From contig NC_057719.1 in assembly GCF_004010195.1 (NCBI RefSeq), positions 28,340,747 through 28,404,746 on the forward strand: DNA of 64,000 nt, in the 5' to 3' direction. The position numbers were made by a program, and so were the translations under genes. Positions within the stretch are counted from its first letter, which is position 1. Each line of letters begins with the position of its first letter. This DNA is from Chiloscyllium plagiosum. Lineage: Eukaryota. Under the pieces are notes generated by a model. The model saw only the letters and a list, made by a program, of their open reading frames with translations, had not been told where the DNA came from and searched no databases. This document shows, in pieces, positions 13,101 to 24,861 of the stretch.

Positions 13101-15004
13101 GCCCTTAGTAACTGTAACAGGTTTCAGATGGGAGCTATTAGCTAAATTAGCCAGTTAGCAGCACCATAATGCTCCATCCAAGTACCTCACTAATCTCTCT
13201 CATCTGGAGTCTTTTTTTGAGAGATAAGTAATCCAAGAGAATGTTGCAAACTGTCTGAAGAAAGAGAGATGGAAGGAGATGCCAATAAGACTAGAGTTAA
13301 GTAAAATGTGTGGATTGTGATAAAAAGAACACTTAGTCCAAAGGAAGAAAATCTAGTCAGACATTTTCTCCTCAATGCTTTCAGCTCCTGCACTTTTGAC
13401 AGTGAGTCACACTAAGTTATATGGTTACCAGTTACATTCCTGACAAGTGGTCATTTTTTTTATGAATGAATTTGGATGCTGAGAGTCACTGTTTCACTGT
13501 CAAAGTCAAGTTTGAATTAGTCCTCAACCAATGTAGTAACAGAGATCACTGTCTGGCATCTTTCGCAATCAATTAGCACACAGATATTGTCAGATTTAAA
13601 CCTATCGTGAACGAAGAAACACTACCTGTTTATCCAATTATCTGTTGACTTGCTAAATTCCCACATTATCCACAGTTTTCTCTCAGCGGGATTGGGAGTG
13701 GAATGTGGGGTTGATGGTCCAACAGCGATATACATTGTAATGACAGAAACATTTAACAAAGGAAATCTTTCAAAAAATTGAACTATCACCAAATCAGAAT
13801 GAAATAAAAGTTAACAGAAGTGACCGTGGTCACAGCTTTTGACTGGAAAACTGACAAAAGCCCCATATCATCTCTTTTAAGGAAGGGTCTCATCATCTTT
13901 TTCCACTCAGGCACTTGACAAGGCAGCTGTAAGTTAACGACTGCCAGGATCAAGCATGCCGAAGGCACAAACTTCCACCAATGGCCAGAAAGTTCCTCTC
14001 TCTCAGGTCATGAACTTGAAAGCAGGAAGGGCATTTACTGAGATGGGGTGTTGGTGGCCTGAACCCCACTGCCTTCCCATCTCCACCTCAATTAAGTGCT
14101 GGTCATGAAGGCCAATGGTCGACCTTGCCAACCCATTGCCAATGAAAGCCCGGGAGCGGTGCAGTTGCAGGCAGACTGGCTTTGTCATCATGTAACACGT
14201 GTCACTGCTCACAACTGTAGCTGGCTTGTCATCTCTGAGGTTGGCTTGGTTGCTCAAACAGATCTGATTGAGGGATTAGATATATGAGAGACACCAACAC
14301 CTCTGCCCTCCCTACTGACCCTCTTACTACTTTCCTGACCCCCACGCAGTGAAAGAACATGCTACTTACCTGGGACTTAGCTTAGTGTCCGCCTGCATGG
14401 CCACATCTGCTGAGCACAGGAGCTGCTGGTCCCTGACAACAGGCCGCTCTCAGAATGAGGAGTCATCCAACATCTTTCTGCCAACACTCCAGCCCCACCT
14501 GCCTAGGTCTTGAATTCAGAGGAATACCCAAGGGGTGGCCTCACCACTGCCTGATTGGCTTGTGGTTTTATGGGCCCGTCTCTAAACAGGCAGCAGGATT
14601 CCTTCACCAGTTCTCCACATGACAGGCAAGACACTCAACACCTCACCAAGATTGCACCCAATCTTCCCTCAAATAATATTCACGATATTCTTTTTCATTC
14701 AGGTGAAGTCTATGAATTTTTCCACATCTGGTATTACCATCTGCAGTAAATTTACCAAGTTCAGTATGGCAGGAGCCTCATGTAATGTACAAAACCCCAT
14801 TGCCTAACCTGAAGATAACTTTTATGGCTAACTGCTGGAGGCCAACATTACTCTGCAGAGATGATTTTTTTTCACACACCATAGCACTCATCCTTGTGCC
14901 ACTCTGAGTGAGACTGTCTTTGTCTTTCAGCTTCTGACTGACCTGCTTCAAATTAATAATGTTTTTTTTAAATATACATACATATGTACTAAGTACACAC
15001 AGCA

Positions 15005-17038
15005 ATTTCCTCTGCAAGGCTGTTTGTTTATTTTTCCCCATTTGAACAGTTTTCCATCCTTATAATGCACTGTTTCTTACAAATATAACTTCCGTTCTCT
15101 CCCCACACCATTATAGAAGCACAACAAATATACAATAAATCGGTTGGAACAATGTAGAATTTTCAGAAGGATATGACAAGAGCATAATGTTTTTGACATG
15201 AAATAGTTTTTTGTTTAACCAGTAGTTTTATAACGGCGTTTTAAATTTAGCCTTAAGGGTACATTTAAAATAAACAGAAGACGTTTCTATGTGTAAATTT
15301 TACGGCAACTATTTTTTTTTCTGTTTTTGGCTCTGTAACAAAAAATCCAAGACACAGACATTTAATGATCTCAACAGAAATGAACTAAAGCAAAAAAAGG
15401 CACTTCAATAACTATAACATTTCATGGTAGCCTACAGAGAGCAATTTTCCATCAAAGGTAGACTATACATTTAAAAGTAAATCTTAGAAGCATGTAATAG
15501 CATTTTTATAATGTGTATGGTTCTGCGTTTGCAAGCAGCAGCTCATAAAAATTCTTGAGAAAATTTATTGCGATTAACTGACTTTTCTTTCAGAAAACAG
15601 GAGGCTTAAAGCTGACACTCAGCAAGTCTCAGTTTTTCACTGTATAGTTCTCTAAGAACTGAGCTTGCTCAGTCATATATTTACAAGTCACCTTTTCATC
15701 CAAGCTAATATGAACCAGATGCTTCGGCTCCGCAAGGACCATAGTCACCTCAGACATCTCAGTAGAATGCACCCACTCTGCTATCCCCTCCCCCAACCCT
15801 CAGCCCCATTTCCTTGTCTTTTGTCCTTCAGCTGATTCTAGCCTCTTCCACCTTCTACCTCCCCACCCCCACCCAAAACCCACCACGCCCCAATAAATCT
15901 GCTTCTCTTTTCAAATGACTGGAATGTTTGATTTTTAAACCATGTATTTCCTGCAGAATTGCAACTTGGAAAATAAATTTCTACCTGGTAATAACTTTAA
16001 CCCTATAAACATCCTCAAGGCAGAATTTTGAAGGAACACAATACTTTTTTGGCAGCCCTGCCTGGCTCATTGCTTGTATAAAGTCCATGGAACAATCACA
16101 ATACCTCTGACAGCACTGAGATGTATCTTAAAAGTAAACCCTTTAACTAAAATAAGGAGCACAAGCAAATACATATTTATCTATTTACATATGAAAATTG
16201 CTGTGTTAGACAGCATTGAAATATATGTATTGTTTTATTGGAGTTTAGATTTGTTAAAATTCTGTATATAACATGAAAAGCAACTCGTGAGTAATTGGGT
16301 TAGCTTCCATCTTCCATTTGTTGGCTGTTTATTTTCCCCAAACACAAGTAGTAAAAGTGATAGTTTAAATTTAGTTTGCTATTTTAATGTGTAGCATCAG
16401 TTGAAGTGAGTGCAGACCACCCATGAGGTAATTATACAGAAGTTAGACAAGATGGTCAGATACGTTATTGAAGAAATTATACTTAAATATGTTAAATACT
16501 ACAAAAGGCAAAATTAGAACGCTTTTCACCAAATAGACTCTTCAGTCAGGAAGACTGTGTCCACACGTCAGCAGTTAAATGCAAAAGTCAGGATGTTGCT
16601 GTCCACGATGCCCTACTCCTCACAAACTTTACAATAACAGTATCTATCCAAAGACTTGGCACTAAAACACATGCTTGGGTTTGAAAAAGCTGGACTTGTT
16701 CAGTCAAACATATATTAATTATTAATAGCACTTGTTATGATTCCAGCTGATGGTACCACTGCACAAGTCAGATTGCAGAATAAAACTTTGCTTGACAGAT
16801 CCTTTTTCTATATATTAATTAACAGCTGTTTAGTAATCCACAGATTTCTAAGCAAATACTCCTGGTTTCGAACTTTCGCAAACTAAGCTTTCGCACTGAG
16901 GTAACTGCTATCCCTGAACTGTCCTATCCTCCTTTCTCAGGGAGATACTATGTTCACTTCAGACTTAGAGTCTTCTCTGAACTGCCCCAAAGCATTCCAT
17001 ATTTGGGTTTTTCAAGCTAAAATTAATCTTTGATTATT
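15005..17038 (-). other. Putative terminal exon / 3'UTR of an unidentified minus-strand host gene
   Basis: About 2 kb free of recognisable repeats. Strong acceptor tttgcttttgctttag|AATAATC at 17038, U-rich minus strand, AATAAA at 15027-15032, and a GTGCCAA seed-like motif near 16660. Confidence 0.35.
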
Positions 17039-17429
17039 CTAAAGCAAAAGCAAACTAATCACCTTCAAGAATAAATACAAAAAAAAACCTTTGGACTCAA
17101 AATATGAACTCTGTATCTCTCTCCATAGGTGCTCAATCTCCATCATCCTACACAATTCACCATGCCAAACAATGGCATCTCATGTGTCCCAACTACACTC
17201 CATAGATCTTCATTAACCCAATGCTAAGATATGCCCCAAAGCAACAATAATGGTCCGTCATGTCCAGTTACAAACTCCACCCCCACCTATCCCATATGGT
17301 CCCTCACCCTCAATGCCAACCTATGGCCCTCCACCAACCCTGTGATGACCCTGAATTAATAATCCCTGGAAGTAAGAATTATTCAATCCTCCATAGTTCT
17401 TGTTAGCCCCTGTGCCAATAAGAATACTC

Positions 17430-18060
17430 TATAAGACTAGGAGTAGCAGTAGGCAATTCAGCCCCTCAGGGCTGCTTCGCCATTTAATATATCATTTTGG
17501 CCGAACTCCAGTTTCCATTAAACTCTGTCTAGCTCCTCCTTATACTTATTTAGTGTCTTGGCATCCTCTGCACTATGGAATAGTGTATTCCACAGATTCA
17601 AGACCCTTTGAGAGCAGTAATTCTGTCTCATCTCTGTTTTACATTTGTCACTCATTAGCATAAAACTATGACCTCTCATTCTGAATTGCCCCTCAAGGAG
17701 AAACACCCACTCTTCATCAATTATATCTATCCCCTTTAGCATCGTATATACCTCAATTAGATCTCCTCTCATCCTTCAAAACACTAGCAAGTAAAAAGTG
17801 CTAAATTGCTCAATGTCTCCTCAGAAGACAAGCCTTTCACCTCTGGAATTAATCTGGTGAACAATTTCTGAACGGCAATGCAATTACATCTCTTCTCAAC
17901 TGTACGCAGTATTCCAGATGTGGGTGCACGAATGCCTTGTACAATTGCAGCAACACTTCCCTACCTTTATATTCTATTCCTTTTGCAAGAAATGCTAAAA
18001 TTCCATTTGCCCTCCTTAGAATCCGTTGTTTCTATATCCTAGGTTTCTGTGACTAATGCA
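17430..18060 (-). mobile_element. CR1 LINE 3' fragment
   Basis: ORF 17518-17772 reads MRGDLIEVYTMLKGID...QRVLNLWNTL. Tail gagtagcagtaggcaattcagccc. Confidence 0.82.
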
Positions 18061-18664
18061 GCTCCCTGAATGCTTGTCCCAGAATTTATCCAACTCTGTT
18101 GTCACCCAAAATCCATGAATGCTCCATGCACACCATCCTCCTCAATCAATCGTCTACACTAGTCAGCATCAGCAAGCCATCAGCCTTACCACATTGCCCT
18201 ACCTATTGTTGGACAACTCTCACACCATTTCACTTTCAGGGATCAGGGATACCGATGACTCACATGTCTCGGGCGGAATGCTGTTGCACTCAGGGAGACA
18301 TATGCATCTCTGTGTTCACTTACTTTGTGCTTCCTTGAAAACTATCAGTCTTTGTATACCTCACAGATGCTTTATAGCACAGAGTGGAAGCAGGCAACTT
18401 GTCACGGTGGGGAGCAATGAACAGTCTGGGGAAAGGAGATGTCATTGTATGGCACCATGCCTCTGTCAATATCACACTTACAGCAAATGCCAACAGTTTG
18501 TGTGGCAAATGCTGTGAATGTAATTCAAGTACATGGCTATGTCTGAAAGTCAAAGAGGAGTAGACCCCTTAGTGGGACCAAGGTGGACTCCAGTCATTCA
18601 GAGGGTTCTGCCACATTCATTCAAGGGACTGGTTGTTTTCAGTCCAGGGGTTGCCTCTTGTCGG

Positions 18665-18862
18665 AGTCAAAGAGTGTAGTGCTGGAAAAGCACAGCTGGT
18701 CAGTCAGCATCTGCGTAGCTGGAAGATCGACGTTTCAGGCATAAGCCCTTACGCTCAAAATGTCGATCCTCCTGCTCTTCGGATGCTGCCTAACCGGCTG
18801 TGCTTTTCTAGCACCACATTCTTCGACTCTGATCTCCAGCATCTGCAGTCCTTACTTTCTCC
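18665..18862. mobile_element. Fold-back PLE terminal-repeat insertion
   Basis: gtgctggaaaagcacagc...gacgtttcaggcataagccc is followed by its inverse tgtcgatcctcctgctc...cagcatctgcagtccttactttctcc. Confidence 0.75.
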
Positions 18863-19305
18863 TAGTTGTCAGCCAGGTGCTTGGTCCTGTTGAGTCCAGG
18901 GATTGAGGCCTTTGCAGTCTGGGAATTGAGCTCCAGTCAGTCCTGTAGGTCGAGTGAAACCAGACTAGGAGTTGCACTTATGTCAGTCAAGGAGCTGTGG
19001 AAATATCAGTCCTGAGCTGGGCCCAATTTCTCCTGCAATGAGACAAAGGAAAGGACTGAATATGATGGAAGTGGATAGAAGAGCAATTAGTGGTGATGCA
19101 GCAGCAGGAGAGGTGGTAAGTTGTCCCCAGTGAGTGAGTAGGAAGTACAGAAAGGGTTAGTATTTTGGGAGGACAAAGTGGGTGAGGGCTGATGAGTGGA
19201 CATTATGCATGAAGTAGTGAGAATTGCTGACCATATGTTTAGGTGAGAAGTGTTAGTGGTGGAAGTGTTAGAGTGAGACAGCAGAGGGAATGTGGTCACA
19301 CTCAC

Positions 19306-19542
19306 CCTTGTGGAGCTCCGAAGATCATTACTCTTCTTCCCGCTCTGCTGTACATTATGTTTCACCCGGAACACTGCACTGACACAAACCATTCTCCCTG
19401 TCTAGGTTGATTCAATCTGGTAACATTGCCTCTTTAGTGAGCTAACAGAACACAGCGCTGCATCCTTCTCCACCACCACATCCACCAGCCCCTACTGATC
19501 TCTGTTAGTGAAGATAGGAACTAACTTCCCTTTCTAGGTCAT
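19306..19542 (-). pseudogene. Relic Myb/SANT-like DNA-binding exon of a PIF/Harbinger-type transposon
   Basis: Translation MT*KGKLVPIFTNRDQ*GLVDVVVEKDAALC...VCVSAVFRVKHNVQQSGKKSNDLRSSTR, followed by a gtgagt donor. Matches the P.F...L..L...V / VSA...R...Q..KK.NDL pattern, with in-frame stops. Confidence 0.6.
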
Positions 19543-19864
19543 GTCCTGAATGTAGAGGCTTAAGTATAACACTGTGAAGGGCAGTTCCTGGCATCAGGAG
19601 TACTGTGCTGCTGGGCTTTAAATATGGCACCAGCAGCATGAACACTGGAAGCTCTGAGCCATGGTGATACTTTCAGGTCTCTTGCTGTGCGATTCCACAA
19701 GACAAGACCATAAGACCCAGCAACCTAGTTAGTGAGGTGAAGAGCAGAGGGCATAGTGGACCAGATGCAATGAATCTCACACAAGAAAACACTTTGACTG
19801 AACAATGGGAAAATGCAGCCCTCTGGTCCTCGATGTTGGCCCAATCCTGACAGATCATCATTGC

Positions 19865-21767
19865 CTTTTTACAATATATGTTAATCTTTTTACAATATAT
19901 GTTAATGATATAAAAGATGGTATTAGTAATAACATTAGCAAATTTGCTGATGATACTAAGCTGGGTGGCAGGGTGAAATGTGAGGAGGATGTTAGGGGAT
20001 TACAGGGTGACCTGGACAGGTTAGGTGAGTGGTCAGATGCATGGCAGATGCAGTTTAGTGTGGATAAATAGACAATAGACAATAGACAATAGGTGCAGGA
20101 ATAGGCCATTCTGCCCTTCGAGCCTGCACCACTATTCAATATGATCATGGCTGATCATCCTTAATCAGTATCCTGTTCCTGCCTTATTTCCTGGCCAATA
20201 ATATAAAGGAGGATAGTAAAAGCTTTTTTAGGTATGTGAAAGGGAAAAAAATGGTGAAGACTTAAATTGGGCCCTTGAAGACAGAAACAGGGGAATGTAT
20301 TATGGGGAACAAAGAAATGGCAGAAGAATTGAATTGGTACTTCAGATCTGTGTTCACTGGGGAAGACACAAGCAATCTCCCTGAGGTAACAGTGGCTGAA
20401 GGACCTGAACTTAAGGGAATTTATATTTGCCAGGAATTGGTGTTGGAGAGACTGTTACGTCTGAAGATTTATAAGTCCCCAGGGCCTTTTCTTGCTCTTT
20501 CTCTTTATCCCCTTTGGCTTTTTTTTCTCTTTTCTCTTTGCTCTTCCTCCTCCGTGCGTGCTTCCCTCCCTCCGTCCCTCCAGCTGCCTTTCAGGCCAGC
20601 CCTTGCCCACCAGGCTCCTGTAGTCTCCCACATCCCCACACAGGCCAACTGCAAGCCCTCCCCCTGCTTCATAGGGCTGCAGCCTGCATTCTCTCATCCT
20701 TCCACACTCCTCCCCCCCTCCATTTCGGAATGCCGGGCACTGACCAGTGGGGTACCGCACGGATCAGTACTGGGACCGCAGCTTTTTACAATCTATCTTC
20801 AGGATATACAAGATGGTATTAGCAATAACATTCGCAAATTTCATCAGCTGGGTGGCAGGGTGAAATGTGATGAGGATGTTAGGAGATTACAGGGTGACCT
20901 GGACAAGTTAGGTGAGTGCTCAGATGCATGGCAGATGCACTTTCACGTGGATAAATGGATCCTTATCCACTTTGGTGGCAAGAACAGGAAGGCAGATTAC
21001 CACCTAAGTGGAATCAATTTAGGTAAAGGGGCAGTACAGAGAGATCTGGGGGTTCTTGTACACCACTCAATGAAGGTAGGCATGCAGGTACAGCAGGTAG
21101 TGAAGAAGGCTAATAGCATGCTGGCCTTCATAACAAGAGGGATTGAGTATAGAGGCAAAGAGGTCCTTCTGCAGCTGTACAGGGCCCTGGTGAGACCACA
21201 CCTGGAGTACTGTGTGCAGTTCTGGTCTCCAAATTTGAGGAGAGACATTCTGGCTATTGAGGGAATGCAGCGTAGGTTCACGAGGTCAATTCCTGGAATG
21301 GCGGGATTACCTTACACTGAAAGACTGGAGCGACTGGGCTTGTGTACCCTTGAGTTTAGAAGACTGAGAGGGGATCTGGTTGAGACATATAAGATGATCA
21401 AAGGATTGGACACTCTGGCGGCAGGCAACATGTTTCCGCTGCGGGGTGAGTGCCGAAACAGAGGACACAGCTTAAAAATACGGGGTAGACCATTTAGGAC
21501 AGAGATGAGGAGAAACTTCTTCACCCAGAGAGCGGTGGCTGTGTGGAATGCTCTGCCCCAGAGGGCAGTGGAGGCCCAGTCTCTGGATTCATTTAAGAAA
21601 GAGTTGGATAGAGCTCTCAAGGATAGTGGAATCAAGGGTTATGGAGATAAGGCAGGAACAGGATACTGATTAAGGATGATCAGCCATGACCATATTGAAT
21701 GGTGGTGCAGGATCGAAGGGCAGAATGGCCTACTCCTGCACCTATTGTCTATTGTCTATTGTCTATT
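19865..21767 (+). mobile_element. Young but rearranged CR1 LINE ORF2 3' portion with (CTATTGT)n tail
   Basis: RT motifs FTIYVND..KFADDTKLGG (19865-20068) and an intact C-terminus [15 protein letters not shown]...RRLRGDLVETYK...FFTQR (to 21669). Microsatellite tail at 21742-21767. Confidence 0.92.
20067..20187 (-). repeat. Inverted copy of the same CR1 3' end (partner 21647-21767)
   Basis: aatagacaatagacaatagacaataggtgcagga...gttcctgccttat is a near-perfect reverse complement of 21647-21767. Confidence 0.9.
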
Positions 21768-23004
21768 ATCACTGAAACTCCACTCTCACTCATTCCATGT
21801 TTTTTTTACACAAACTGTCTGTTTTCCATAATTGTGCATGATGTATAATTATTTTTCTTTGTTGGATGCACCTTTTTTTTTCTTTTTCTGATGAATCTCT
21901 TTCACTGTCTTGAAGTCTTTCGCTGACCCATTTTCTGTGCCTTTCACCCTAAATCAGTTTATTTTGATGTGATAATTCCCCATCCCCACATATTTACTTG
22001 TGACTCAAATCTTTTTTGTTTCCACTACCTCCAAATCATCAAAGAAAATATCATACAAAAATGTCATCGTCCCAATTATGCCTGTGTCAGTTCTTTGAAA
22101 TAACTAACTATTCAGCCTGCTCACTGCTAACTGACCCACAATCATATAGATATTTCCTGTTCAAGTCCATGTTCAATTCCTTTTTGAAACATACTATGGA
22201 ATTTGCTTCCACCTCCCTGCAAGGCAGTACATCCCAGATCAGGACATAGGAACAGGAATAAACTATTCAGCCCTTCCAGCCTGTTCCACCTTTCAGTGGC
22301 TGATCTGTGGTCCAACTCCATGTACCTGCTTTTGGTCCATATCTCTTAATGCCTTTATTTATCAAAATCTGATCTATTAACAACTGATATTACACCTGCT
22401 GCCAACTGTGGAAGAGAGTTCCAAATATCTGCCACCCTTTGTTTGTAACATCTCCATTTCACCTCTTATATCTAGGGAAAGGAAGATGTGGAAGCATTTT
22501 GAGAGAAGGCATGGCAACAGAATGTGACATTCCCGTTCCCAATGATTTTGTATCTTGCTTTTGTTCTGTTCCTATGTCCCTGTTATTCCTTGTATTTGTC
22601 TAATTGTAAACAGAAAAGGAAGGTGATAGAGCAGGCAGGCATCTAGGTTATTGTGGACAGCAGAATGTTAGACAGAAGGTCAAAACACATCACATTAAAA
22701 AGCAAAGGAGCAGCTACAAGACCATAGAATGAGGCCTGTGAGCCAGTTGGAGGGAAGGCTATAGGAAGAGAAAGACTGAAAGCAATACGGTGGGGAGACC
22801 CATCAGGTACATGCAAGGCGGAATGGGAGAGGACCATGAAATAGCTTTCCTTCATGAAGAAGCCCTGGATTGGACATCACACTTGTCACTGCACTGATTG
22901 TAACTAGGTCAGCAAAGAGGACCCTGGAATACAAGTTCCCTGACTGGGGTTATTAATCAGGTCCAATCAGTGGGCACTGGCTGACAGATATCAACAGGAA
23001 TGTC

Positions 23005-23326
23005 ATGAGGTGGACCGAGAGCCGGAAGGTGCATGGGGCGGGCTGGCTTAGAGTGGCCAGAAGGTGGGAGGGACGGGTGCTTGCTGGGTCTGTATTGTAT
23101 GCACTGTTTTTTATGTAATTGGATTGTCTTTTTATGTACAAATGTCACTGTTGCTGTCTTGTCATGCTTGAAACTGGGATTTGAGGTTGTAAACTGGTTG
23201 AACGGTAGGGTTTGGGGCCTGGTTTTGCTGCTCCTCTCCCTTGTAAAATTGCTGTCTCTTGCATACAGCTGTAAATATTAACTGTTTTTTGTAAACTCTT
23301 TTTTTGTAATTGTTTAATAAAATAAA
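23005..23326 (+). mobile_element. 5'-truncated A-tailed non-LTR retrotransposon 3' end (L1/Tx1-like)
   Basis: G/T-rich UTR ending aataaaataaaa. Flanked by atcaacaggaatgtc and atcaacaggattgtc. Confidence 0.5.
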
Positions 23327-23341
23327 ATCAACAGGATTGTC

Positions 23342-23547
23342 TCCCCTTCACTGTTTGATCACGCAGCATTGCCCTCTAAGAAGGGGCACTGCTTGTCACT
23401 GGCCACTTGGGTGTTTCCTTTCTTCCTGGTGGTGGAAATAGATTAAAGATTTGTACACTTTGTGTCTTTCACTGTGTCTCACACCTGCACATACTAAAAA
23501 AAGAGAGAAAAAGGAAGAAAAAAAGAACAGGAGTGTGAGAAAAAATA
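23342..23547 (+). mobile_element. Second A-tailed non-LTR retrotransposon 3' end (L1/Tx1-like)
   Basis: Contains attaaa and an A-rich tail. Flanked by an exact 12-bp aacaggattgtc (23330-23341, 23551-23562). Confidence 0.55.
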
Positions 23548-23721
23548 ATAAACAGGATTGTCAGAGATTCTGCTCACTCTGAGAGCTGGCTCTGAGGGAG
23601 CTGGATCAGTGTCACGTGTAAGTAAAGGTGATGTGATACCAGCCTCTGTGGAGTTATCCCTGTCACATTTACTGGCCAGTTAAGGGCCTCATCCTGCCAC
23701 AGCTGGTATTAATTCATTGGC

Positions 23722-23860
23722 TAGGAGAAAGTGAGGACTGCAAATGCTGGAGATCAGAGTCGAGAGTGTGGTGCTGAAAAAGCACAGCAGGTCGGGCAGC
23801 ATCCAAGGAGCAGGAGAATTGATGTTTCAGGCATAAGCCTCCAGCATCACACTTTTCAAC
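23722..23860 (-). mobile_element. PLE terminal-repeat fragment
   Basis: aggagaaagtgaggactgcaaatgctggagatcagagtcgagagtgtggtgctg...gatgtttcaggcataagcc. Confidence 0.78.
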
Positions 23861-24519
23861 ATTAATTCATGGGTGTAGACCTATTGGTATACAGTTAAAC
23901 TGTGCAACCTGTTTGTCATCTACCTGTGAGAGAACCCTCAATTGAAGCCCTGCAGAAGCCACACTCCTTCCCTCACTCCCAACTCGCCAGGCCTTCTTCC
24001 CTGTGACCTTGCGTACAGCAAATCCCATTTGTCTGTGGCCTGATTCAGTCCTTCAGTTTGGGCTCCTGGTGGATGTAATTTTGACACCGTCTAGAGAGCA
24101 ATTCGAGAGGGGTAATAAATGCCAGCCCAGCCATGGATGCCATGAATTGGTTTTTGGCACACAGCCTTCCCAGTCTCACTGCTGTTCACAAGATCTTTCA
24201 GGCTCTGATTGGCCAACAGATCTCAATAAGCAGGATTTCTACCTTAGAGTCCAGGATAGAACTGTAGATGGCTACTAAAGTGCCTTAGGGGCTCATAATA
24301 TCAATGAGTCTTTACAGACAAGGCAAAGCCAGTTTTTTATTGGGTTTGTAGCCAGCAGGCCACTTGAAACCTCTATAAAATCCAACTCCACGGCTCTATG
24401 ATAGTCAAACTTACAACGTAGCCAACCTGGCAAATGGCTGCAGCAACAAAGAGGTGGCTGAATCAGAAAGCATTGAGACAGCTGTGGACAGAAAGGTACC
24501 ACCTATTAACAGGAGGTGG

Positions 24520-24860
24520 ACAGTGTGTTGCACCTACAAGATGCACTGCAGAAATCACCTTAGATATCATCTTCGGATCACACGACCACTACCATCTCGC
24601 AAACAACGGCAACAGTTACATGAGAACACCATGAACTGCAGGTTCCCCTCGAAGCCACTCACCACCTTGATTTGTGAATATGTTCCTGTTCCTTCAGTGT
24701 CACTGGATCAAGATCCTGCAATTCCTTCCCCTCAGCATTTATGGATGAACCTACACAAAATAGACTGCAATAGTTCAAGAAGTCAGCTCACCGTCTAGAG
24801 AGCAACTAGGGAGGGGTAATAAATGCCGTCCCAGCCATGGATGCCATGAATTGTTTTTTG
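24520..24860 (+). mobile_element. 3' end of a second CR1-group LINE family
   Basis: CTYKMHCRNH motif. Tail ggtaataaatgcc...ccatgaattg. Tail-to-tail with the minus-strand copy. Confidence 0.7.
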
Positions 24861-24861
24861 T

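Larger units (their letters stand above)
22899..23657 (+). mobile_element. Probable solo LTR interrupted by two non-LTR 3' ends
   Basis: Begins TG (tgtaactaggtcagc) and contains ccaatcag plus a TATA-like gatatcaacagg. Resumes at 23563 (agagattctgctcactctgagagctggc) and runs to ctctgtggagttat; the terminal CA is not preserved. Confidence 0.45.

Noticed and set aside
12140..14807. Two-exon plus-strand micro-ORF (MENKRNCEQTTFFK|VKSMNFSTSG...NPIA*)
   Set aside because: Splice sites are plausible but there is no recognisable homology, so it could be chance.
20275..21669. 464-aa ORF as a functional or domesticated gene
   Set aside because: Chimeric CR1 ORF2 pieces with no FADD motif and a low-complexity middle.
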